The notes under the pieces are model-generated. The model did not search any database. It was not told the origin of the DNA and saw only the letters and a list, made by a program, of their open reading frames with translations. Shown piece after piece: positions 28,868-38,523 of a stretch of 64,000 bases of DNA. Positions within the stretch are counted from its first letter, which is position 1. Each line of letters opens with the position of its first letter. The position numbers and the translations under genes are program-made. Source of the DNA: Dehalococcoidia bacterium (GTDB lineage: Bacteria > Chloroflexota > Dehalococcoidia > UBA2979); NCBI GenBank assembly GCA_009379925.1, contig WHSU01000006.1, positions 32,077 through 96,076 of the forward strand. Direction: 5' to 3'.

Positions 28868-30505
28868 CGGCACGCCATCGTCCGGGGTGAGACGGGAGCG
28901 GACGAGGCGGAGCCAGTCCGCGTGCTGCGGTACCAGGTCGGCTTCCGCCTCCTCGAGTGATACCCACTCGAGCGTCCACTCCAGGCCGCCGCCGTCCTCG
29001 ACGCGACGCGTCCAGCGGCCGCTGGTGACGACCGTGGGTTCCAGCTGGTAGAGGTAGCGGTCCACGTCGGCGGTCAGCGAGCCGGCGGGCACCCACGCCT
29101 CATGGCCGTTCGAGCGCAACCGCACGCTCCCGTCCTCCCGCTCCACGGTGTCGACCGCCAGGCCGCGCGTGAGCGTTGCCTCCTGCATCGCGACCGGCTC
29201 CAGCAGCATGAGTTGCCGCTCGCCGAGCAGTTGCGGGATCTTTGCCAGTTGCCGGACTAGCTCCACCCGGTCGAGGCCGCACTCCACCTCGACCTCCCGC
29301 ATCACGGCGTCCGAGGGCTGCTCGCCAGCCTGGGACGTGCCAGCGGGGAGTAGCGTGCCGGCGTGGGGGTGGCGGATCACCAGCAGCTCCGTGCCGCGGA
29401 CGCCCTGACGCGTGACGAACGCGGTGACCTTCGACAGCGGCGCGTCCGTGAGCGGCTCGGGATGCCCGGCCACGGTCTCCTCGTCCGTGACGAGCACCAT
29501 GCCGCGGACCAGCGACCACACCGAGCGCCACCAGTCACCCTCGTCGCCGGCCGCCTGCGCATGGCCGTGACGCGGCTCCTCTTGCATGACGTGCTCGGTC
29601 TCGGAAGCGATCTGCGCACCGAAGAGCATGACGACCGAGGTGATGAAGACCCAGAACAGCAGCACGATCACGCCGGAGATCGGCCCGTACATCACGTCGT
29701 AGGACGCGAAGTACGCGAGGTAAAGCGTGAAGCCGGCCTTCAGCACCTCGAAGCCCACGGCGGCAAAGAGCGCTCCGGCCCAGATGTAGCGCAGGGGCTG
29801 GCGGCGGTTCGGGATGACCCAGTAGAGCAGCAGGAACGCCACGAAGGACAGGACGAGCGGGATCGCCAGCGCGCCCAGCTCCCACAGCCAGCCGAGGCGT
29901 CCTTCCACGAAGGGGATCTCGGTCACCACCTCGCGGGTGATACGCCACCCCGCGGTGAGCACGATCCCGCCGACCAGCGGGATGCCGATGATCGGGAGCA
30001 GCATGTAGTCGACCATCTTGCCCCGCAGGAACGGCCGGCTGCGGTGCGCGTCGAACACGACGTTCAGCGCGGCGCGGACCGCGGCGGAGAGGGCGCCCGC
30101 CGTCCAGAGGGCGCCCAGCAGCGCCAACACGGAGAGCGACGGTCCCAGCGCGGCGGCGCGCTCCAGCGCCGTCTGCACGGTGCCGGCACGTGCGGGGTCG
30201 ACCGGCAGCTGCTCGAGGATCGCGTCGAGCACCCCCTGCTGCACGGACTCCGACCGCAGCACGACGCCGAAGATCGAGAACACGAGCAGCGTCAGCGGAA
30301 AGAGCGAGAACAGCGCGTAGTACGAGATCGCGGCCGCGAGGTGTGTGCAGCGGTCCTCGACGAAGTCCGTGGCCGCACGCCCGAGGATGCGCAGCGCCTG
30401 CCGCGAGCGGCGCCTCTCACGTGAATAGCGCCCCACGCGCGGCGCGGCCGCACCGGCACGGCCGCCGGTGGCATCGTTGCGGCTCACGTCGGGACGGACC
30501 GACAT
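28862..30505 (-). CDS. YihY/BrkB-family membrane protein fused to a C-terminal NUDIX hydrolase domain
   Basis: The N-terminal half reads FVEDRCTHLAAAISYYALFSLFPLTLLV... with about 6 TM helices (YihY family). The C-terminal Nudix box is GTSQAGEQPSDAVMREVEVECGL, compared with the consensus Gx5Ex7REUxEExGU. Confidence 0.75.
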   Translation of the reverse strand: MSVRPDVSRNDATGGRAGAAAPRVGRYSRERRRSRQALRILGRAATDFVEDRCTHLAAAISYYALFSLFPLTLLVFSIFGVVLRSESVQQGVLDAILEQLPVDPARAGTVQTALERAAALGPSLSVLALLGALWTAGALSAAVRAALNVVFDAHRSRPFLRGKMVDYMLLPIIGIPLVGGIVLTAGWRITREVVTEIPFVEGRLGWLWELGALAIPLVLSFVAFLLLYWVIPNRRQPLRYIWAGALFAAVGFEVLKAGFTLYLAYFASYDVMYGPISGVIVLLFWVFITSVVMLFGAQIASETEHVMQEEPRHGHAQAAGDEGDWWRSVWSLVRGMVLVTDEETVAGHPEPLTDAPLSKVTAFVTRQGVRGTELLVIRHPHAGTLLPAGTSQAGEQPSDAVMREVEVECGLDRVELVRQLAKIPQLLGERQLMLLEPVAMQEATLTRGLAVDTVEREDGSVRLRSNGHEAWVPAGSLTADVDRYLYQLEPTVVTSGRWTRRVEDGGGLEWTLEWVSLEEAEADLVPQHADWLRLVRSRLTPDDGVPA

Positions 30506-30668
30506 CCGCTCCCCCTCGTCCCGTCATGGCGCTGCTTCTCGACGGCGCGCATATCGTCGGCCATCCTGTGAGTCGCAAGGACGGCGCCGCCACCCGTCGC
30601 GACCCGGCCGTTGTCACCAGCCTACGCCGGTTATCCACAGCATCGACGCGTTTCGTCAGGTTCCGAAG

Positions 30669-31829
30669 ATGGCCCGCCCTCGCCTCGAGTCGCAACAGGT
30701 CGAACACCGCCGCGTGGTGGTGAAGCTTGGTTCCAACGTGCTCACCGCCGGCACCGAGCGCCTGGACGTCGCGACCATGGGCCAGCTGGTGCAGCAGATC
30801 GCCGACCACCACGAACGCGGTGGCGAGGTGATCCTGGTCACCTCCGGCGCAATCGCCGCCGGGCGGCATCGAGTGGGCGCGGCCGTCGCTGGCGGTGGCT
30901 CGCTGCGGACGCGGGACGTGCAGTCCCGCCAGGTGCTGGCCGCCATCGGCCAGAGCCGGCTGATGGCGCTCTGGGATGAGCTATTCGAGCAGCGCGACGT
31001 GACCATCGCACAGGCGTTACTCACCCGGGCGGACCTGGCGGACCGGCTGCGCTACCTGAACGCCCGCAACACCCTCATGGGGCTGCTGGACCTCGGCGCG
31101 GTGCCCATCGTGAACGAGAACGATGTCGTCTCGGTCGAGGAGATCACGAACTCCGCCATCGGCGACAACGACAACCTCTCCGCGCAGGTCGCCAACCTGG
31201 TGGACGCCGACCTGCTGCTGATCCTGAGCGACATCCCCGGCCTCTACACCGCCGACCCCAATCGCGACCCGACCGCGACCCTGATCGAGCGCATCGAACG
31301 GATCGACGAGCGCGTGGAGCGCGCCGCGGCGGGCACGACGGGGGTGCGCGGCACCGGAGGCATGGCGACGAAGATCCAGGCCGCCCGCACGGCGACGCAG
31401 TCCGGGACACACGTGGTGATTGCGGACGGCCGCGCGGTAGACATCATCACCCGCGCAACCTCGGGCGAGCCCGTGGGCACGCACTTCCTGCCGACGGGCG
31501 ACCGCATGGAGAGCCGCCGCCGCTACCTGCTCTCGGGTCTGCAGGCCCGCGGCCGCATCGCCATCGATGCCGGCGCGGCGCGGGCGCTGCTCGCCGGCGG
31601 CAACTCGCTGCTGCCGGCGGGCGTCACCAGCCGCAACGGCGACTTCGCCCGAGGCGACGTGGTGCAGATCGTGACGGAGGATGGCCGTCACCTCGCCAGC
31701 GGCACCGCGAACTACGCGGCCGCCGAGGTGGACCAGATCCGCGGGAAACACTCGGACCAGATCGCCGCCCTCCTCGGCTACGAGTACGGCGAAGAGGTCG
31801 TGCACCGCAACAACATGGTGATCGTGTAG
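30669..31829 (+). CDS. proB: Glutamate 5-kinase (with PUA domain)
   Basis: Sequence RRVVVKLGSNVLTAGTERLD...VILVTSGAIAAG. The C-terminal PUA-like segment is GRIAIDAGAARALLAGGNSLLPAGV. Confidence 0.95.
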   Translation: MARPRLESQQVEHRRVVVKLGSNVLTAGTERLDVATMGQLVQQIADHHERGGEVILVTSGAIAAGRHRVGAAVAGGGSLRTRDVQSRQVLAAIGQSRLMALWDELFEQRDVTIAQALLTRADLADRLRYLNARNTLMGLLDLGAVPIVNENDVVSVEEITNSAIGDNDNLSAQVANLVDADLLLILSDIPGLYTADPNRDPTATLIERIERIDERVERAAAGTTGVRGTGGMATKIQAARTATQSGTHVVIADGRAVDIITRATSGEPVGTHFLPTGDRMESRRRYLLSGLQARGRIAIDAGAARALLAGGNSLLPAGVTSRNGDFARGDVVQIVTEDGRHLASGTANYAAAEVDQIRGKHSDQIAALLGYEYGEEVVHRNNMVIV

Positions 31830-31832
31830 GGC

Positions 31833-31866
31833 TCCGATCGAGATCCGATCGAGATCCGATTCGAGA
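31833..31866. repeat. 11-nt tandem repeat, about 3 copies (TCCGATCGAGA)
   Basis: The sequence tccgatcgaga tccgatcgaga tccgatTcgaga lies directly after the proB stop, between convergent genes. Confidence 0.8.
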
Positions 31867-31916
31867 CCAGCGTGCTGCGCCTGCTCGCGCTTTGTCCGTC
31901 CTCGCCAGGACCGACC

Positions 31917-33404
31917 TTACGCGACCGCCCGGCGCTCCTGATAGACGACCCCGTCCGCGGCATACTCCGCCTCCCAGCGGTCGACGACGCAGGCGAAGGC
32001 GACCGCGCATCGAGGGTCGAAGTGCGTGCCGGCGCCGCGCGAGATCAGATCCTTCGCCTCGTCTGCCGTCCACGCGTCGCGGTAGGAGCGCGCCGAGCGC
32101 ACGGCGTCGTACACGTCGGCGACCGCCGCGATGCGGGCCTCAAGGGCGATCGCCTCTCCGGCGAGCCCGTCCGGATAGCCGGTGCCGTCGAACCGCTCGT
32201 GGTGGTGGCGGATCACCGCGCGCTCGATGTCGCTGCCTCGCGAGGGATCCAGCATGGAGGCGCCCCGCGCGGGGTGCTCCTTGATGACGGCGAACTCATG
32301 CTCGTCGAGCGCGCCGGGTTTGTGCAGCACACTGTCCGGGATCCCGATCTTGCCGACGTCGTGCAGCAGCGCTCCCTGCGCGAGCGCGCGCAGACGGACC
32401 GGCGAGAGGCGCATCTGCTCGCCGATCATCACCGAGAGTGCGGCCACGCGTTCCCCGTGGCCCAGCGTGTAGCCGTCGCGGGCCTCGAGTGCCGCCGCCA
32501 GCGTGCGGATCGAGTCGTTGTAGCCCTCACGGATCTGTGCGACCGCGTCCGTCGTGCCGAGCCGCTCGATGGACCCGGAGAAGCTGGCGCCGCGGGCGTG
32601 CTCGCGCATCATGCCCCAGAGCAGCGCGATGGCGCCCATGATCAACTGGACGTGGTACAGCCAGAACGTGCCCTGCCACATGGCGCCGAAGTGCTGCGCG
32701 AGCTGCGCCTGCACCAGGAACACGCAGCCGAGCGTCACCGCGCCGTACATCGGCAGGCCCGAGCGCAGGTAGCCGGTCAGGTACCGCACCGCGGCCACAC
32801 TGCCCAGTACCACCACGAGGAGGAGGGTGCCGTCCTTGAACGCCCAGTGGGTGACCACGCGCGGGGGGACGGACTCCGGGGCGACCAGCACCAGCAGCCC
32901 GTACGCCGCCAGCATCGCGACGGCGCCGCCGAGGACGGTCGCCCGCCCTCGCACGAGGGTATTCGAGAGCGGCCCCGGCCAGTCCACGGAACTGGCGGCC
33001 AGGAAGCTCGCGGCGAGCACCAGGCTCAGGCGCGAGGAGAAGCCGCTGGCCGCGGTGAAGCGGTCGTCCACGATGAAGCCGGGCGTCGAGAGCCCGTGCA
33101 CGGCAAAGACGCCCGACATCCCGAGGAACGCCAGCGCCAGCCACACGACACGCGGGTTACGCGACCGCAACGCCGCGACGGAGGCCACCAGCGCCAGCAG
33201 CACGCTGACCAGCGCCACGGCGCTCACGATGTAAAAGTGCCCCTCCGGCGAATGCAAGCGTGCGCGCACGTCGAGGGTCGGCGCGACCTGCAAGACGGCG
33301 AACGCGATCGCCGGGACCGCAAGCAGCGGGATCCAGGGCATGGGGACCGGCAGCCGGCGCATCGTGGGTCCATCCTGTCCCATGACAGCCGCCTCGTGCG
33401 GCAT
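31917..33404 (-). CDS. Membrane-anchored HD-GYP domain protein (c-di-GMP phosphodiesterase-like)
   Basis: An N-terminal multi-TM sensor region is followed by HDVGKIGIP...HHERFDGTGYPDGL. The start is uncertain (33404, 33383 or 33362). Confidence 0.85.
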   Translation of the reverse strand: MPHEAAVMGQDGPTMRRLPVPMPWIPLLAVPAIAFAVLQVAPTLDVRARLHSPEGHFYIVSAVALVSVLLALVASVAALRSRNPRVVWLALAFLGMSGVFAVHGLSTPGFIVDDRFTAASGFSSRLSLVLAASFLAASSVDWPGPLSNTLVRGRATVLGGAVAMLAAYGLLVLVAPESVPPRVVTHWAFKDGTLLLVVVLGSVAAVRYLTGYLRSGLPMYGAVTLGCVFLVQAQLAQHFGAMWQGTFWLYHVQLIMGAIALLWGMMREHARGASFSGSIERLGTTDAVAQIREGYNDSIRTLAAALEARDGYTLGHGERVAALSVMIGEQMRLSPVRLRALAQGALLHDVGKIGIPDSVLHKPGALDEHEFAVIKEHPARGASMLDPSRGSDIERAVIRHHHERFDGTGYPDGLAGEAIALEARIAAVADVYDAVRSARSYRDAWTADEAKDLISRGAGTHFDPRCAVAFACVVDRWEAEYAADGVVYQERRAVA

Positions 33405-33737
33405 ACGGGGTACACCGAGATCGTCGGCACATAGCCGGCCGTTCTACAGCGTCCGTGGTAGAGCAAGGGCGTGTCGCAGGTGTCCCTGCGACAGGCGCGA
33501 GCCGCCTCATCGTTGGCTGATCGCATCGTACGAGCGACGGCGACGCGCGTCGTCCGATGCGGGATGACGGGAATCCGCCCATCGGCTCAGTCAAGTCTTG
33601 CCGGACACTTGTTGCACTCCGCTGGCATACGAGACAAGATGACCTGGCCTTATTCTAATAAAGGCACCGACGGTAAAATAAGGCGTGAGATACCTTGTCC
33701 TGTTTTGGCGCGCCAACACTGGCGCCGGGAGGAAGTC

Positions 33738-34937
33738 ATGGCGAACTCCACGCGAGCCGGGCGCCTCATCCGACAACCCACAGGTTATCGCGCGTTCATC
33801 CCAGCCCGGCTCCCTCCCGAGCCCCCACCAGCTTTCGATGCCGAACTCGTGAAGCTACTGTCGGACGCTGACCAGGCGGTCGGCCGTCTAGATGGCTATG
33901 CGGAACTCCTGCCGAATCCTGACCTCTTCGTGGCCATGTACGTGAGGCGCGAGGCTGTGCTGAGCTCCCAGATCGAGGGCACGCAGAGCACGCTCGACGA
34001 TGTCCTCAAGTTTGAGCTGGACCCCAGACTGCAGGAGGTACCGAAGGACGTAGAGGAAATTGTGAACTATGTCCGCGCGATGAACCACGGCCTGTCTCGG
34101 CTGGCGACCTTGCCCCCGTCGCTCCGGCTGCTCCGGGAGATCCACGCCGAACTGCTGCGCGACGGACGGGGCCAGGAACGCAACCCGGGCGAGTTTCGCA
34201 CCTCTCAGAACTGGATTGCGCCCGAGAACGCGCCCCTCTCGGCCGCCACCTTTGTCCCGCCTCCACCGGCCGAGATGCGAGACGCACTAGGGAACTTTGA
34301 GCGGTTCCTCCACGGACACACCGAGATCCCGGCCCTCGTTCACTGCGCCCTTGCACACGCTCAGTTCGAAACGATCCATCCGTTCCTCGACGGAAACGGG
34401 CGTGTGGGCCGCCTTCTCATCACGTTCCTGCTCGTGCATCGTGGGACGCTGAGGCGCCCTCTCCTGTATCTCAGCTACTACCTGAAGCAGCACCGAGCGC
34501 AGTACTACGACCGACTGATGGCGATTCGCGTAGATGGGGACTGGGAAGGATGGCTCCGATTCTTCCTCCGCGGTGTGGCGGCGACCGCCGCGGAGGCCAC
34601 GGAGACCGCTCGCACCATCGTCACGATGCGGGAGCGGCACCGTTCACTCGTGGAGCAAGCAGGTCTGGGCTTGAACGCGTTGCGGCTTGTCGACCTGTTG
34701 TTTGAGCGTCCGCTGGTAAACGTCAACCTCGTCAAGGACCACCTGGGGCCGGAGGGCGTCGCCTTCGCCACGGCTAATGGACTGGTTGCGGACTTCGAGC
34801 GGTTGGGCCTATTGCGCGAGATTACGGGGGGCAAGCGCAACAGACAGTTCCGCTACGAACCCTACCTGGAGCTGTTCAGGGATCCGGCGTTTGATGAGGA
34901 CGGCGACGTCGGATCGGCGGAGATTACTACGGCATAG
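33738..34937 (+). CDS. Fic-family protein (putative AMPylase) with Fic_N and C-terminal wHTH-like regions
   Basis: ATG follows GGGAGGAAG. The Fic motif is HPFLDGNGRVGR and the N-terminal inhibitory-helix motif is SSQIEG. By eye the local G+C is lower than the surroundings. Confidence 0.9.
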   Translation: MANSTRAGRLIRQPTGYRAFIPARLPPEPPPAFDAELVKLLSDADQAVGRLDGYAELLPNPDLFVAMYVRREAVLSSQIEGTQSTLDDVLKFELDPRLQEVPKDVEEIVNYVRAMNHGLSRLATLPPSLRLLREIHAELLRDGRGQERNPGEFRTSQNWIAPENAPLSAATFVPPPPAEMRDALGNFERFLHGHTEIPALVHCALAHAQFETIHPFLDGNGRVGRLLITFLLVHRGTLRRPLLYLSYYLKQHRAQYYDRLMAIRVDGDWEGWLRFFLRGVAATAAEATETARTIVTMRERHRSLVEQAGLGLNALRLVDLLFERPLVNVNLVKDHLGPEGVAFATANGLVADFERLGLLREITGGKRNRQFRYEPYLELFRDPAFDEDGDVGSAEITTA

Positions 34938-35050
34938 TGCGCCGCGGGCTGGGCTCGATGACCACATGCTGCATCCTCCTAGCGGGCAGGATGCGGCCTA
35001 GCCTACTCGCCGGGCCTCCGAACCCTCCCGAGCGTCACGCGGATGAGGAC

Positions 35051-36553
35051 TCACGGCCACGTGTGGTTGCCGAACGCCCACTCGAGCAACGCCGCGGCGT
35101 CGTGGTCGCGTTCGGGCGCGTCCAGCAGGACGGCGTAGAGGCGGTGCCCCTCCCGCGTGGCGGAGGCGATGAGGGTGCGCCCGGCCTTGCCCGTGTAGCC
35201 GGTCTTCAGGCCGTCCGCGCCCTTGAACTGCGTCAGGAACCCGTTGACGTTGTAGAGCACGAGTTGGCGCGAGCCACCCGAGGTCCACACCGGCGTTGCG
35301 ACGATCGCGCGGAACTCCGGGATCGCCATCGCGTAGCGAGAGAGCATCGCGAGGTCGTAGGCGGACGCGGTGTGACCGTCGCCACCGAGTCCATGCGGGT
35401 CGACGAAGTGGCTCTCGTGCAGGCCAAGCCGGTTGAGCAGCGCATGCATCTGAGCCAGGAAGGCCTCGTCGCTGCCGGCGACGTGGCGGCTGATGGCCAG
35501 CGCGGCGTCGTTGCCGGACGGCAGCATGAGGCCGTACAGCAGGTCGCGCAGCTGGTAGCAGTCGCCGGGCAGTAGCCCCATCAGACTGCTTCCCGGCATC
35601 TGCCGGCTGTCGACGTTCGTGGTGAGCCACGTGTTCGGGTCCGCGCCCTCCATCGCGATGATCGCCGTGATCACCTTCGTCAGGCTGGCCGGCGGGAGCG
35701 ACTCGTGCGCGTTCTTGTCGAAGAGCACCGCGCCCGAGGCCTCGTCGACGACGATCGCGGCCTCCGCGCTGATGCCCGGCGGGCCGGCGTCGGTGCTGCG
35801 CGTCGGGGCGCCGCCCCACACGGGGACCCCCGCCAGGCCGGCCGCCTGCGTGGACCGCGCCTGGGTGCCGCAAATGGTGACGAGGGGTGTGCCGGCCGCG
35901 ATCGCGCCGCCGGGAAATTGCGCCAGGAAGTCGCTATTCACGAAGTCGGGCGCGTTCGTGATGTATCCGACCAGGCCACCGCCGGCCCGGTTTGCCCAGA
36001 TCGAGGCCAGGTGACAGCCCTCGGCCGCGGCCGTGGTCAAGATGCCGTTGACCGTCCCGCCGCCCCACACCACCAAGCCCACGCCTCCCTGCACCGGGAG
36101 GTCGCCGGAGAGTCCGGGCTTCGTGAGGCTCAGGGTCCCGTTCCCGGAGCACTCCGCGGGACCGTCGTACGGCTCCAGGAAAACGTCAGCCGCCCAGCCG
36201 GTGTCTTCGCCAAACAGCACCTGCTGCCATCGGTAGCCGTCGCTTTCTTCCAGGGCGGCCAGCACCATGACGCTGGTGCCGTCCTGGAGGCACGTGATGA
36301 CCTCGGCTTCCAGGCGCGGCGCTTCGCGCAACCGCAGGCACTCGCCACCCGAGCGCACCACGGCACGCGTCCCCGGCTGCAGCGGCACCGGGCGCGCCTC
36401 GACGGACTGGTTCGCGCGCCACGCCTCCATGGGTGCGGCATACGCCACCTGCGCGGCGGCCGGTCCGAGGGCGAGCCATAACAGGGCGAGCAGGGCCGCT
36501 ATCCGCACGGAGGCCGTGCGGAAGCGACGCGCGGGCAGACGGGGGTGAACCAC
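35051..36553 (-). CDS. D-alanyl-D-alanine carboxypeptidase (S11 family) with an N-terminal SH3b-like domain
   Basis: The active-site motifs are SxxK (ASLTKV), SxN (PSGND) and KTG (LKTGYT). The signal peptide is VRIAALLALLWLALGPAAAQVAYA. The start is uncertain (GTG 36553 proposed). Confidence 0.8.
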   Translation of the reverse strand: MVHPRLPARRFRTASVRIAALLALLWLALGPAAAQVAYAAPMEAWRANQSVEARPVPLQPGTRAVVRSGGECLRLREAPRLEAEVITCLQDGTSVMVLAALEESDGYRWQQVLFGEDTGWAADVFLEPYDGPAECSGNGTLSLTKPGLSGDLPVQGGVGLVVWGGGTVNGILTTAAAEGCHLASIWANRAGGGLVGYITNAPDFVNSDFLAQFPGGAIAAGTPLVTICGTQARSTQAAGLAGVPVWGGAPTRSTDAGPPGISAEAAIVVDEASGAVLFDKNAHESLPPASLTKVITAIIAMEGADPNTWLTTNVDSRQMPGSSLMGLLPGDCYQLRDLLYGLMLPSGNDAALAISRHVAGSDEAFLAQMHALLNRLGLHESHFVDPHGLGGDGHTASAYDLAMLSRYAMAIPEFRAIVATPVWTSGGSRQLVLYNVNGFLTQFKGADGLKTGYTGKAGRTLIASATREGHRLYAVLLDAPERDHDAAALLEWAFGNHTWP

Positions 36554-36843
36554 AGTCCGGTCTCGTCCAGCCCCACCGCACCCGTCTCGGCAACCCTGAG
36601 CCGATGCAGCGGCGAAGGCGGTTCGTGGGGAGTGCAGGTTTCCGGCACAGCGGCGACGGTGCGGCCCGTGCGTCGCGGCAGGTGGGAGGCTGTGCTCGCC
36701 CGATGATAGGGTTCTGCAACCTTTCGTGCAGCCAGGTACAGTCTCGCAACTGAACATTGCCTGACGCCCGGTCCTCCCGGGCCCCTCGCGGACCAGCGGC
36801 GGAGGGCTGCCGCTCGTCCGGCGGCCATGTACACTCGACCTCC

Positions 36844-38112
36844 ATGACGGCGACCGCACAGTCCGAGGCGATCACGAAGGCCACGCTTGCGCGCAAGGCC
36901 GGCCGGCGGATGTCGCGCGCCACGGCCGACCAGCGCAACGGCGCGCTGGAGCGCATCGCTGTGGCGCTGGTCGCCGGAACGCAGCGCATCCTGGACGTCA
37001 ACGGCCCTGAGTTGGAGCGCGCACAGGTGAACGGCGTCACCGGCGCCTTCCTGGACCGCATGACCCTCACGCCGCAGCGCATCGAGGGCATCGCGCGCGA
37101 CGTGCGCGCGGTCGCCGCCCTCCCCGACCCACTGGGCACCTACGACGAGCTAACGACGCGCCCGAACGGGCTCCAGATCGGGCGGGTGCGCGTCCCGCTG
37201 GGGGTGATCGGCACTATCTACGAGTCGCGCCCGAACGTGACGGTGGACATCGCCGCCATCTGCCTGAAGTCCGGCAACGCCGTCGTGCTTCGCTCCGGCA
37301 CGGACGCCCACGCCAGTTCGAGCATCCTCGCCTCCATCGTGACCCGCGAGGCGGAGGCGGCGGGCCTGCCCGAGGGCATCGTGCAGTTCATCGAGTCGAC
37401 GGACCGCGCCGAGGTGGGCGCGCTGCTGCGCGCGGGCGAGGCGATCGACCTCATGATCCCGCGCGGCGGCGCCGACCTGATGCGCCGCGTCCGCGACGAG
37501 GCGACGATGCCGGTGGTCGCCGGCGGCATCGGCGTCTGCCACACGTACGTCGACGCCGAAGCCAACCTCGAGATGGCGCGCGACATCGTAGTGAACGCAA
37601 AGACGGCGCGGCCCTCGGTGTGCAACGCCATGGACACGCTGCTGGTACACGCGGGCGTGGCGGAGGCGTTCGTCCCGCTGGTGGCCGAGGCGCTCGATGC
37701 GCGCGGCGTCATACTGCACGTGGATGAGCGCGCCGCACGCCTGGTGGGCGGCGCCCGCCACGTGCCCGTCGAGCCTGACGACTACGACCGTGAGTGGCTC
37801 TCGCTTGACTGCTCCGTGCGCGTCGTCGCCTCGGTCGACGAGGCGCTCGACCACATTGAGGTCCACGGCAGCGGCCACTCCGAGGCGATCGTGACGGACG
37901 GCTACGCCACCTCGCAGCGGTTCCTGCGCGAGGCGGACGCCGCGGCCGTGTTCGTCAACGCCTCGACGTACTTCAACGACGGCGCGCAGTTCGGGCTTGG
38001 CTGCGAGGTCGGGATCTCGACGCAGAAGATGCACGCGCGCGGGCCCATGGGGCTGCGCGAACTGACCTCGTACAAGTGGATCGTGCTCGGCGACGGGCAC
38101 ATTCGGACGTAG
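36844..38112 (+). CDS. proA: Glutamate-5-semialdehyde dehydrogenase
   Basis: Sequence GVIGTIYESRPNVTVDIAAICLKSGNAVVLRSG... and NASTYFNDGAQFGLGCEVGISTQKMHARGPMGL. Confidence 0.95.
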   Translation: MTATAQSEAITKATLARKAGRRMSRATADQRNGALERIAVALVAGTQRILDVNGPELERAQVNGVTGAFLDRMTLTPQRIEGIARDVRAVAALPDPLGTYDELTTRPNGLQIGRVRVPLGVIGTIYESRPNVTVDIAAICLKSGNAVVLRSGTDAHASSSILASIVTREAEAAGLPEGIVQFIESTDRAEVGALLRAGEAIDLMIPRGGADLMRRVRDEATMPVVAGGIGVCHTYVDAEANLEMARDIVVNAKTARPSVCNAMDTLLVHAGVAEAFVPLVAEALDARGVILHVDERAARLVGGARHVPVEPDDYDREWLSLDCSVRVVASVDEALDHIEVHGSGHSEAIVTDGYATSQRFLREADAAAVFVNASTYFNDGAQFGLGCEVGISTQKMHARGPMGLRELTSYKWIVLGDGHIRT

Positions 38113-38195
38113 GACACGAGGGCCACGCAGCACCCGAGACAGCACGCAGGACATGCCGCCGGCGCCATCGCCGCGAGGCCAGGGAGGACGCGACG

Positions 38196-38510
38196 ATGGA
38201 CGAGTACCGCTTCGAGCGCGAGGCGCGCACCCCGCAGTCCGAACAGTGGGCGATCGAGACAGCCGACCACTCGATTGGCCGCCTGGACGTGCACTTCACC
38301 TCGTCCGTCACGTACGCGACGCTGGCCGTCCACACCTCCGTGGACGATGAGGCGGTACAGGAACTGATCGCCGAGATCGATGAGCGCATCGTCTCGTCGG
38401 CCGACCCCTACCGGGAGGACTTCGTCGTCACGGTCTGGCGAGGCGAGCAGGCCGGCGTGTTCGCCGAGGAGAGCGACGACCTCGATGTCGAAGACAGCGA
38501 GAACGGATAG
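38196..38510 (+). CDS. Small acidic hypothetical protein (104 aa)
   Basis: ATG 38196 follows GGGAGGA. Sequence: MDEYRFEREARTPQSEQWAIETADHSIGRLDVHFTSS... I recognise no family. Confidence 0.5.
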   Translation: MDEYRFEREARTPQSEQWAIETADHSIGRLDVHFTSSVTYATLAVHTSVDDEAVQELIAEIDERIVSSADPYREDFVVTVWRGEQAGVFAEESDDLDVEDSENG

Positions 38511-38523
38511 CGTCGTCGCCCCG

